Source of the DNA: the human T2T-CHM13v2.0 reference genome, Homo sapiens
Assembly (NCBI RefSeq): GCF_009914755.1
Contig: NC_060947.1
Reading direction: 5' to 3' (one strand)
Length of the DNA stretch: 64,000 nucleotides
Part shown: positions 43,140 through 55,242 of the stretch, piece by piece
Layout of the letters: each line of letters begins with the position of its first letter
Numbering within the stretch: the first letter of the stretch is position 1
Made by a program: the position numbers and the translations under genes
Notes under the pieces: generated by a model
Databases searched by the model: none
What the model saw: only the letters and a program-made list of their open reading frames with translations
Told to the model about the DNA's origin: nothing

Positions 43140-44150
43140 AGAATTAACTGCACTGGTATTTGCTGGTATTTGATCCTGGGCAAGATACTCATGAGGGTCT
43201 GATGCATACAAGTTAACATATATCTGAAGGATAACAAGGAAAAGTGTCACCACTATAATTAATTCCTGTAACATTGGATCCTGAAAGAATTAGTGGTCTG
43301 AACCATATAAAGATAGGCTTATCCAAAGGAGGAGAGGGAGAAAAAATCCAAACTAATTACAGTGATATTGGATTCTGAATAAGTTAGTCTTAGGGTGTAA
43401 TCCAAATACAGGAACACTTCTCTGAAGGAGAAGAGGAAAAAATTCACCCCAAATTTATATTCAAATAACACAAACTAGTTATTTGTGTTGTCTAGTTTTT
43501 TGTTTTTTTTTTTTTAAGACATAGTCTCTCTCTGTCACCCAGGCTGGAGTGTAGTGACGTGATCTCGGCTCACTGCAACCTCCACCTCCCAGGTTGAAGC
43601 AATTCTCCCTGCCTCAGCCTCCTGAGTAGTTGGGATTACAGGCATGCGCCACCACCCCCAGCTAATTTTTGTATTTTTAGTAGAGACGTGGTTTCACCAC
43701 ATTGGCCAGGCTGGTCTCGAACTCCAGACCTCAGGTGATCACCTACCTCGGCCTCCCAAAGTGCTGGAATTACAAGCATGAGCCACCCTGCCTGGCCGTC
43801 TAATCTTTATAAGATTTACCTGAAGCAGGAGGAAGGCAAACGCACAAGCAAAATTAATTCTAGCGATATTGGATGCTGGACAAATTAGTCATGAGGTCTG
43901 ATCAACATAACCAAATGCTTATCTGAGGGAGGAGGCAAAAAGTGCTACCACCAAATTAATTCCAGAGATATTAAATTCCTGATGAGTTAGTTACGTGATC
44001 TGGTCCATAAAAGTGATCACGTCTCTCCGAAGGAGGGAGAAAGTCACCCCTAACATTAAATCCAAAGATGTTTGTTTCTAGACTAGGTATGTGTGTTGTC
44101 TGATCCATGTAAGTAAGTGCATCTTTGAAGGAGTACAGAGAAAAGACCAC
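43140..44150 (+). repeat. Degenerate tandem repeat B, ~100 bp unit, ~7 copies, split by an Alu
   Basis: Consensus ~aaattaattccagtgatattggatcctgga..gttagtcatgagggtctgatccatat...ttatctgaaggagg; units at ~43140, 43256, 43350, 43451, 43851, 43953, 44053. Confidence 0.85.
43496..43797 (-). mobile_element. AluS
   Basis: Full antisense dimer; TSD-like gtcta(g/a)t. Confidence 0.95.
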
Positions 44151-44696
44151 ATGTTTATTGAAAAGACTATGTGGATATCACTGGCACTGGGTTTTGTCCC
44201 AAAGTGCAATTTTGGTGAAGAAAAATGAGTAAGAGTGTGAGAGAGTCTCCTAGTATGAGGAAAATACCAGGGTAGAATAGAAGCGAGCTATCATAGAAAC
44301 AAGTGGTACAGCTCTTGTCACAGAGCGGGAAGGACACTACAGAACGGTGGCTGACAAAGCAGTTACTCTGGGTCAGAGTGGAAAAGAAAGTAGGCAACTA
44401 CAGTGGGCAGGAAACTGAAAATATAGTGGTTAGCAAACAAGAAATCGGTCAGTAGGTACCAAGGTTCAACTACAATAGAAAGCAAATCCCCTGTCTTAGT
44501 GGAAAGGAAAGTGGACAACTGTACAGCCAGGGAATCCGGATTATGGAAAAGCACCCAGAAATTTCACTGTGGAAAGGAATGAGGGCAGCTAGGAAAGGGC
44601 AGGGAATTCCAGGTAGTCAGAAATCATTGAACAGGTATTGAAGTGGATTGAAATGCGTGTAGTAAATGGCCAACCAATCAGAATCTGCAAGGTCAG

Positions 44697-45393
44697 TGTA
44701 TTAGTCAGTTCTCACGTTGCTATAAAGAACTTCCCGGCCAGGTGCGGTGGCTCACGCCTGTAATCCTAGCATTTTGGCAGGCCGAGGCGGGCGGATCACG
44801 AAGTCAGGAGTACGAGACCAGCCTGGCCAACATAGTGAAACCCAGTCTCTTCTAAAAATACAAAAATTAGCTGGGTGTGGTGGCACGCTCCTGTAGTCCC
44901 AGCTACTCAGGAGGCTGAGGCAGAAGAATCACTTGAATCTGAGAGGCGGAGGTTGTAGTGAGCCGAGACCCACGCCACTGCACTCCAGCCTGCGTGAGAG
45001 AGTGAGACTCCGTCTCAAAAAAACAAACAAACAAACAAACAAAAAAGAACTTCCCGAGATGGAGTGACTTATAAAGGAAAGACATATAATTGACTCACAG
45101 TTCAGCATGGCTGGGGAGGCCTCAGGAAACTTGCAATCACGGCGGAAGGTGAAGGAGAAGCAAGGCGCCTTCTTCACAAGGTGGCAAGGAGAAGAGTGGC
45201 GGAGCGAAGGGGGAAGGGCCCCTTATAAAACCATCAGATCTCGTGAGACTCACTCACTATCACGAGAACAGCATGGGGAAAACTGCCCCCATGATTCAAT
45301 TTCCTCCACTTGGTCTCTCCCTTGATACGTGGGGATTATGGGGATTACAATTCAAGATGAAATTTTGAATGGGGACACAGCCAAACCATATCA
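44697..45393 (-). mobile_element. THE1D solo LTR split by an Alu
   Basis: tgtattagtc...gccttcttcacaagg...ggggattatggggattacaattcaagatga...ccaaaccatatca; TSD gtca(g/a). Confidence 0.88.
44736..45046 (+). mobile_element. AluS (Sg/Sc-like)
   Basis: ggatcacga(a)gtcagg; TSD aaagaacttccc. Confidence 0.95.
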
Positions 45394-46072
45394 GTCAACA
45401 ATATAGAGGCAGAGATCTTAAAGACTTAGACTATTGGACTTTCAACTTTTGGAACCTCCAAAAGCCAGGTGAAAACAGCAACAGGATCGGAAGCCAAAGT
45501 GAAAGCTGAAGACTGTGCAGATGAACAAGACACCAAAATGTAAGTTGCTTTTATTCCAGTGATCTTAGTTAGTAGTTGGAGGGAATTAAGAATTGCGTTT
45601 CATTGTTCTGAGCAGCATGCTCCCTGTAAGATGGCAGTTGCAATATACAGCTCAATCATACCATTCGCTAGGCTTTTCTCATGGTGGTAGGAAGTTGGAG
45701 TTTAGAACATTACTAATGCAAACTAACAGTTAGTAAGCATCTTCAATCCATAGAATTTTTTTCTTACTAGGATGCGTTTTTGCATTCTATAATTTTTTTT
45801 TGAAATGACATTGCATTGCTAAGCGTATTTTGAATGTAAACATTATTATTTCCTAAGGTGCCTTGTTAAAACCAGGGTGAAAATCTGGTCCTGAAATCTA
45901 TCTGAAAGTGAATTCTGGTTTAACCCACTTCTTAGTTGAGCATTTCATTATACAGTAAGTTAATGCTTTCCTGGTTCTTTAGAGAGCAATCTCTTCTTTG
46001 TCTACACACCTATGCTAGAAAAATACCTCATGGACAGAAATTTCTTGGAATAGCAGTGATTGTATGTTTAGC

Positions 46073-46407
<335 letters not shown>

Positions 46408-46569
46408 TAAAATTTATATTTTAAAGTATTTCTTAGAGGGCTACATGATTTTAACCTCATTCTTAGAGGATTTTTCAACTACAGTTAACTCCTTGTGAAG
46501 AGCATTTAAGCCTGATCATCTAACTCCAAAAAGAGATCATGCTACTCAAAATCAATTTGTTAAAGATTT

Positions 46570-46740
46570 AGAGATATATAGAGAGCTTGAAGAAAATTGA
46601 GCTATCACTCATCCTCTAAAGGAACAGACCAAAAGTTTTAAGTGGTTTGCTTAAGGTTGTGGTAAAGTAAATTAGCAGAGCTGAGACTAACTCAAATCTC
46701 TATTCCAGATTAATTCTCTTTTCATTATCCATGCTGATTG
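46570..46740 (-). mobile_element. MIR fragment
   Basis: ttaagtggtttgcttaaggt...tagcagagctgagacta. Confidence 0.55.
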
Positions 46741-47049
46741 AACTTTATGACTAAAACATTGCAAACTTACACTTAAGCAAAATACTAAGAATTTTCTGAA
46801 TAGCACTGTTGCTTTTGTTGGCTTTAGTATCCTGCAAGCATGGGTGATAACCGGTAGTAAAACTACAACTACAAAGTTGAAAACTTAAACTTTAGCAAAA
46901 TATTGGAAATTTTCTGGGTGGAGCTGCAGGATTTTGTTAGCTTCGGTCTCTCGTAGGCACTGATGTTAACTGGTAGTATTTGGCTAAGTCTTTGGGCATG
47001 CTGTTTTCTTAACGAGTTCTCTTGTTGCTTACTTTCTGAGAAAGCATGT

Positions 47050-47245
47050 TTTGGGATGAAAATAACATGTCTAGGATTTGCTTCAAATAATCCAGTGACA
47101 AGGGATATTGGATATGTGTATGGATAAAACAAGATTGGTCATCTGTTGATAATTGTTGAGGCTGCATGATGAGTACATGGAGGTTCATTATACTACTATA
47201 ACTACTTCTGTATATGCCCTAAAACTGACCATTATCAAAAGTATA
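47050..47245 (+). mobile_element. L1ME 3' end fragment
   Basis: gatttgcttcaaataatcca...gttgataattgttgaggctg...tacatggaggttcattatacta. Confidence 0.7.
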
Positions 47246-47700
47246 AATATAAAATTATTACTTATAACAGACAAGGCTGAGAGGTAACAGATGCTAGATA
47301 ATAATGAAGTAACAAAGCTAAGGGCAAGTGATGCATCTTGTAGGTTTTACCTTCTTCTCCATTGTCTTTCTTCTATTTTAGTATATGTGAACATACTTAG
47401 ACTTATTTTGGTGACTTGTGTATGAAATTGAAGAAATAGTGATAAATATAAAAAGTACCTTTCTGATCTGAGTTAAAGTGAGAGGAAATTGCAGATTTTA
47501 TGTGAAAATTCCAGTTTCCACTTTTACTCATTGATCTATGAGTATAAAATTTACTGTCATTTTTATTCACAACTTTAATTACTAGGGAGGAACCCACATT
47601 GATAAAATAAATAATGGAAGTGGTGAGACTTGTAGTGGACAAAAGCAGAGGTGTTAATGCCTCACTGCTGCAAAACAACATATAATGTTTTTTCTTTTTA

Positions 47701-48042
<342 letters not shown>

Positions 48043-48046
48043 GTTA

Positions 48047-48228
48047 CTTTTTTTTTTTTTTTTTCTTTTAGAAATGGAATCTCACTATGTTGCCCAGACT
48101 GGAGTCCAGTGGCTATTCATAAGCATGATTATAGCACATTGCAGCCTTGAAGTCCTGGACTCAAGTGATCCTCCTGCCACAGCCTCCCGAGTAGTTGGGA
48201 CTGCAGGGGCATGCCACCACACCCAGCT
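48047..48228 (-). mobile_element. FAM (fossil Alu monomer)
   Basis: Monomer with the 7SL-derived cagtggctattca segment. Confidence 0.8.
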
Positions 48229-48229
48229 T

Positions 48230-49230
48230 AAACATTTTTATTGTAAAATATAACAGAAAACTAAATAAAACAAATGGATAGCTTAAGCGATTATTTTGAA
48301 GCAAACATCCTTATAAACAACCACCAAAGTTAAAAATCAGAATTTTGCCAGCACCCCAAAGCGCCATCCTAATCACAGCTCTCTCCATCTCCTCACACGT
48401 AATCTCTACCCTGACCTTTATGGTGATCAATTCTTTACTTCCTTTACAAATTTATTACCCAAGTGTTCATTCGTGAACACTAGTTAGGTCTCCCCTCATT
48501 ATTCTTAAGTCTCTTTTAATCTAGAGATTCCCCTCCATTCCTTTTTTTTTCTTGCAATTTATTTGTTGAAGAACTGTGTGTTTTGTCTTCTAATTTTCCC
48601 CAGTCTTGATTTTCCTGTCTTGCATTTCCTGTAAATTGGGTTGGTTCTACAGGCTTGATCAGATTTTAGTTGATTTGCCTTCTTTTGCCTTCCCAGGTGG
48701 TGGTATGTTCTTCTGTCTGGATGTAGAAAATATTTGGCTGCATCTGTTCCTATGATAACTGCTTTTAGTAATCAGTGCCATCAGGCTTGAGGTTGAGGGT
48801 GTCTCTCCAGACATTTTAGTTGTCAGAAGCATATTCTCTAAAAAGAGAAAGGCCTCATGGGAACAATATTCCCTGAGTTCTTGAATCAACAAATTGTTGA
48901 TAAATTGTCCTGTGGCTTTTTATTTGAAAGTCAGGCTAGATATAAAATCTGTGGCTCACATTTTCGTTCCTTGGCTGTATTAATATGCTACTTCTTTTTC
49001 TGCTAGCATAAAGCTTTGCTGTCGGTCTAATGATAATCTTATTTCCTCTCCTTTGTGAGTGATTTTTCGTCCCCTTTAAAGTCCAGTATTTTACTAGAAT
49101 ATATCTCTCTATTGACCTACGTCCATTTCCTCAGGTATTTGGTTGTGCTCTTTTAATATGCAGTTTCAAATCCTGTTTCAGGGAAGTTTATATTGTATTA
49201 TACTTTTTAGAAACGGTTTTGTTTCCTTCC
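48230..49230 (-). mobile_element. Old L1ME fragments
   Basis: ttttattgtaaaatataac...; gggaacaatattccctgagttcttg; ggctagatataaaatc. Confidence 0.6.
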
Positions 49231-49249
49231 TATGATTTTCTTCTTTGGA

Positions 49250-49520
49250 GATTGAGAGCCTGGAGAAAGTAAAAAAGATTTCGAACAGCTGCTGGGGGCA
49301 ACATCACAGGGATGAATGAAGAATTGCCAAGCAGTATTGAAGGCCCAATTGAGATTAAATGGCATAAATTTGTAGTGGAGCCAATTGGCACTTTTCTACA
49401 ACTTTCTGTAGCAGAACTCAGCACAAGCAAACAAAACAGATGTTTGGGTTTATCCATTGCTGTATATCAGCAAAGTAGGTGGAATGTAAGGTCAAGAGGA
49501 TGAGAGATTCTAGACGTTAG
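49250..49520 (-). mobile_element. L2 ORF2 fragment
   Basis: Minus strand reads HYKFMPFNLNWAFNTAWQ, like the L2 HYKFM..LNWAL..ARQ motif. Confidence 0.65.
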
Positions 49521-49859
49521 GTGGCATGAAGTTGAAATAGTTATCAAAATGTTAACTGTACAAATAAGACAAAAATACACCCCAGAATTTCTGGGACAGT
49601 CCAATTATATACTATTTTATTTTCTACTAAAAAATTAAAATGTGCGGCTAAAGGTGTTTTAATTCTAATTCTTCTGTAGAAGTAAACAAGCAAATCATAA
49701 AAAAAAATAGTGTTGACAGACTATCCCAATTTTTTATTTGGATGGAAATATCTCTATGTCTTTGGCCAGACCATAAAAAGTACACTTTTGTTTTGTTGTG
49801 TTGCAATAATGTCAATAAAAACAGTGCCTGAGAAAAAGACCCTTTGAGACTTTCTAATT

Positions 49860-49965
49860 TTTTTAATTATTATTTTCAATTGACACATGCGGATTGTACA
49901 TATTTGTGGAGCACAGTGTAATATCTCAACACATGTATACTATGTGTTATGATCAAAGTGGTTAC
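49860..49965 (-). mobile_element. L1MA 3' end fragment
   Basis: aattgacaca...ttgtacatatttgtggagcacagtgt...acatgtatac...atgatcaaa. Confidence 0.7.
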
Positions 49966-50696
49966 TAGAGATGGGAAAGAATAGAGACTTTATCACTCAT
50001 GTAAAGCAGTGTCGATGTAGGTTTCTGATTCTTGCTAGTATTATTTCTAATAAATTTTAGGCTTGTGGAACTGAAGGTACCATCAACCTGGAAAATAAGC
50101 ACAGTTGTTATTTGTCCATAGACTCCCTTTCTGAAGTGGAAATTGATCAATGTTTCTGAATATTTTCTGCAGTTACACCCAACTTAAGGTAATACTAGAC
50201 AACATGGTAATGATAGGAAGCATATCATTTTGTTGGTCTCTCTTTCCTCATAGAAGTAGTAAAAATATCCCTTGGCCAACTCCCTTCTTATTGTCCTTTA
50301 AGTTTTCCAGTGTTCCTGCTCTTTAACTGTGACACTGTCATAGCTGACATCATTTATGCTCATTGATTGGTTGGCTTTCTTGATTACTTTTCTCTGTCTT
50401 CCTTCCTGTTAACCAGGGGTAACATATGGAGTTAATGTTTATCTCCCCATGTTGGTGGCCAGAACCCCAGCAAACTGCATACACAACCAGTCCCATCCAT
50501 AAATTTGAAGAAATTCTGCAGTCAACTTTAGAATCTCATATAAAGTTTATTACATCTAGCTAAGCCCTCTTTGCTTTTCCTGTCACTGCTAAGTCCATCC
50601 TTCTCTCTTGGTACTTGAAACTTCCTTGCAATTGTCCAGTCAATAACCGTTTTATCATCTTTGTTCCACTTTTGCTTGCCCTGACTAATATGATGA

Positions 50697-51042
<346 letters not shown>

Positions 51043-51295
51043 AATATGAGCTTTTTGACTAATTTACCCAGCTTGCAGCCCTTACAGCAGTCTCCTTCTA
51101 TAAGATCTCAGTCATTTCTTGTCCCCATCTACTGCTAAAACATGTTCCATTGCCGCTCTACACAGATGGCTTCAGGATGCGAATACCTTTAGCAAGAACA
51201 TCAATGCCTAATATCTTTGCTGCACCAAGGCAATATTACAGATGCTGACTCCCTCCTGTGATAATGCTGCAGATGCCTGCACTGAGATTGCTGAT

Positions 51296-51612
51296 TTTAA
51301 TGGGTTAAATAATACCTCCCCCAAAATTCATATCCACCTGGAACCTCAAAATGTGACCTTCCTTGAAATAGGGCCTTTAAAGATGTAATTAAGAGTTGAG
51401 ATGAGATCATACTATGATTAGGGTAGACTCTAAATCCGATAGAAGTATCTTTATAAGGGACAAAAAAGAACACACAGTGTCACACAGAGGAGAAGGCCGT
51501 GTGAAGACAGAAGTAGAAATTGGAGTTATGCTGCCATAAACCAAGGAATGCCAAGAGCCACCAGAAGCTGGAATAGCCACCAAGATTTTGGTAATTTGTT
51601 ATTATCACAGGA
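51296..51612 (+). mobile_element. MLT1C-like LTR, internally deleted
   Basis: cccaaaattcatatccacctggaacctcaaaatgtgacctt...ccaccagaagctgga. Confidence 0.8.
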
Positions 51613-53868
51613 ATTTGTTACTATCCATGTGTGATGGCCCATGGGGTCTAGCAGAGAGCTATCATTTAGTACCTACTTAGGAAGCTAAACACATATGGCA
51701 CCACAGATACCGTATCATATTAGTGCCAAAACTGTTGGTGCCAATGCTGCAGGTTATTTGGCTTTGAATGTCTCAATTAGATTTACCCTTTTTGCTGCAG
51801 GCTCCTTGCTAAAGGATCCAGACTTGAGTTTGTTGAGCCTGGCCTAGAATACAATCTGATATACACCATATTATACTTAGAGTCCACTTCCCTTCTGTCC
51901 TTAAGCACTGGTCTTTTTCCAGAGTGGAATTCATTCATCTTGATTCTTCCCCTAAATTCTTTTCTAGAAGAAACATTAGCCTCTAGTGCAATACACATGG
52001 ATCCCTTGCTTTCTAATCCCACCAATTCTCCTGAAAATGCTCAAAATGTGCCTGACAGGCCTGCCATATTCCTTCCAGCTCCATCACCCCTGAATACAAC
52101 TTTTGTTGTGTTTTTTAAGAGTCTAAGGCTATCCTATAATGAGCCCTTCTTAGAAAGACGGAGAAATTGACAATCCTTCATGTAAGTCTTATACAATGCT
52201 AAGGCATGGGGGAAAAAGGTGGAGCTATCTAGTTCCTGCCTCTAGTTCCTGCCTATCAGTTCACGTAGGTTGCCAGCGGTAGTTACTACTATTGCTGTCT
52301 GGTGTCCCAGGGGGTCCAGCAGAGAGCTACTGTTCAGTGCCTACTTAGACCATGGTAATCTTTTTATTGTTCAGTGCCACATTTGGGACATGGGTATAAT
52401 TTATTAGGTTTCTTTTGGTCCCATCTTAGACAACACATACCACAGCCATTTCCTGTCTGGGGTCATGAGATCTCACCATCTGCACTGCAAAGCTTCAGGG
52501 TGAAGGATCCTTGTCTTCTTTGTTCTTATGATCTACATATTTCTTTCTATTTCTTCCTTCTCCAATCTAAAGGAAGTATCAAGACTGTAGGAAATATCCC
52601 ATTCTCTCCACCACTCACTTACTTATCGTTATGAATTAATTTAATTCAACACACTTCTCTTCCTATATAGCTTGGCTGGGAAGCATATGGGAGTGTGGTT
52701 AACAGAACCAGTTTAAATATTTGGTAGAAAGCCTTAGAGTGGGTGTCTTACAGCTACTTGTTGCTTATTTTAGAATGAGGGGTGGGTACTTCACACTTAC
52801 TCTCTTCAGCTTTAGGAGTTTAGCAGAAATTGTGATGAAAAAATCCCATTTAAAATTCTGTAAAATTCCACCATTAAATGCAGTCATTCCCCTAAACATA
52901 GCAGAAGTATAGGCACTTCCCTAACTCTTAACTGTTGCCTTAGGAACATTCTGACCCCAGAGTTGGGGGTGTCCTCTCTAGCACCCAGAAATACAGGCCT
53001 ACTATGATCTTGGATGGATAGCACTGTGGGACAGCACCAGAGGAACTACTGGACAGAATATTGGGTAATGAGGAACATTTTTAAAGGGGAGGGGTGTTTT
53101 AGTTATTGTATAATATGACAAACCAAGCCTATGTGCTTACGTTTCTCCCATTTCTGTAGTAACCAGTCAGTGTAAATAAATCAGTTGTTAGCGCAGAATT
53201 CCAGAACAGGAATCAGTAGCTTTTGTGTCCTATGGATAAAAATACCTTGGGATCTTGGGAGAGATACATAAACAAAGCTGGGGATTATCACCATACAAGC
53301 TAATAGACTATTTTGAAAGTGGTCTGTTAGAAGACTACTGTGGGCTACCCTGCTAATTAGAGGGAATAGAGTAACCTATACATAGAAGTGATTCCCAAAA
53401 TGATTCAAGAAAACACATGAATTCCAACTGTAGAATACACCTGGGATAGTAGGTTAAGTAATCAGTTCCAGTGTTTTAATACACTGGAATCCCAAAGGCA
53501 GATTTATGCATTCTGTCTCTGGGTGGGGTGGGAGTTGCTGCTATGAATGCTTTCTGTTATACAGTGACCAAGTTGAAAGGATTGTCCTTGCTTATAATAT
53601 GTAGCAATCACAAAATTTACATCTGGATTTAACACTACATATACTAAGCTAGAAGAAGAGGCTTATACTACTCCTCATACTTTGTAAGAAGATTCCAAGG
53701 AATAAGAGGTATAGAACAGCTGCTTGCATTGAGACTTAGGTAAAAGAAATCCAATGTCCAGGTCACTACAGTAGGAAATGACATAGACCAAGATAAAGTG
53801 AATTTCCCTTGAGTTACTTCCTTGTATACATACATACTTTGTTATGCTCATGAGTCAGATATACGATA

Positions 53869-54017
53869 TTAGATTTGTGCAAACGTAGTTGCAGTTTTTG
53901 CCAAATGATTGCTACTATTCCTGTTTGCTGGCCCGTGACATTTGCCAAATAGTTGCTACTATTCCTGTCTGGTTTTGCCAAATGGCAAAAACCGCAATTA
54001 TTTTTGCACCAACTTAA
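53869..54017. mobile_element. MADE1 (Hsmar1 MITE) with ~70 bp of extra internal sequence
   Basis: TIRs ttagatttgtgcaaacgtagttgcagtttttgcca / tggcaaaaaccgcaattatttttgcaccaacttaa, flanked by TA. Confidence 0.9.
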
Positions 54018-55242
54018 TAATATTCTTTTATAAATTTAGTATGATAAAATACTGGCTGCTTACCAAACAGTGCAAAGCACTTTATATTTAAGGTTCTGTA
54101 TACTCTTAGTGTGCAGGTTAAAAGCATATTAATCTATATGTATTGGAATCTTTCCAGATTTTGTACTACTATGATTACAAGCATATTGACAGTGGGGTTT
54201 AATGACAATTCTATTCTCTAAGAGTTCTTTCTTTATGGGTCTCTGGCACAGTTTTCCTCCTACATTATTCCCAGAATGGCTTTGAGTCATTCAATTTTAT
54301 GATGTGCTGCTCCTTTTGTGCTCACTCCACATGTTATGCGAATAGAGAAACACCTAAGTCCTAGCCCTAAATTTCCTCTTCAACCTCACCTTCTACCCTA
54401 CATCCTGGCAAGCCCTTCAGATGAAAGTCATTTTCATTCACATTTTGAGATTTCCTGGAATTATTGTCAATGGAATAAATTGGAATTGAGAGTTACTCTC
54501 TTATTTGCCATCTTCTTATACATTACTATGAAATGTGTAGAGGGAGTTGCTGATAAATAGCAATTCAAGGTCTAGTGCTAGTATTTGTGTGCCAGGTGTT
54601 TAAAGTGGCTAGATGTAGTCCCAAATAATGCCACCACTCCCTCCACACTTGTAAAATCAGGATGTATTCAGTAGCCCGTTCACTTTTCAATCCTATAATC
54701 TCTTATAGAAATTCCAGCCTGACAGTTAAAATACCAATTCTCCACCTAAAAGCAATTGTCTCCACTCTTCTTCCTTAATACTAGAACCTGACTTTTTTCA
54801 AGGAGTAGGTAGATATCCCTTAATCTCAGGGTGGACAGAGCTCTAACCCAGCCCCAGTTGGTAAGCTAATTGTTCTAGTCATTTTAGTTCCATTGTCTTC
54901 CCCTAGCAATTTATCTAGGGTTGGGCCTCTAGGCCAAGCTATAGCTTGGTGAGTTCTGACCAATAAGATATTAAAGAGAGCATGGTGGGCTCTTGCTAGA
55001 AAACATTTTGCTTCCTGGTAAAAGGGACAGGGCATAAAAGGAGAGCTTGCTGACACTGTCTTCCCTCTTATTTCAGCCTTAGACTAAGAAGAGAAATTTG
55101 GACCTCTGAGCCATCTTACAACCATGAGATGATAATCATAAGACAAAAAGACAATAGAAAGGAAATAAAAGACATAATTTCTGGGTCTTTGATGGTGCTG
55201 TTGAGCAGCTGAACCAATATTAGCAACTGCTTACCTGTAGAA

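Noticed and set aside
42942-43274. 110-aa minus-strand ORF
   Set aside because: Non-ATG start and no recognisable product; best explained as the antisense shadow of the + strand relic.
43140-44150. Repeat array as a CRISPR-like repeat-spacer system
   Set aside because: Whole units are homologous and degenerate; there are no identical repeats with unique spacers and no cas genes; the DNA is primate.
46869-47132. 87-aa minus ORF with a protein-like middle (ESKQQENSLRKQHAQRL)
   Set aside because: Begins inside an L1ME fragment; no splice signals or recognisable homology.
51180-51240. Minus-strand ILGIDVL, resembling a retroviral protease motif
   Set aside because: No upstream DTG catalytic motif or downstream RT motifs visible; too short to support.
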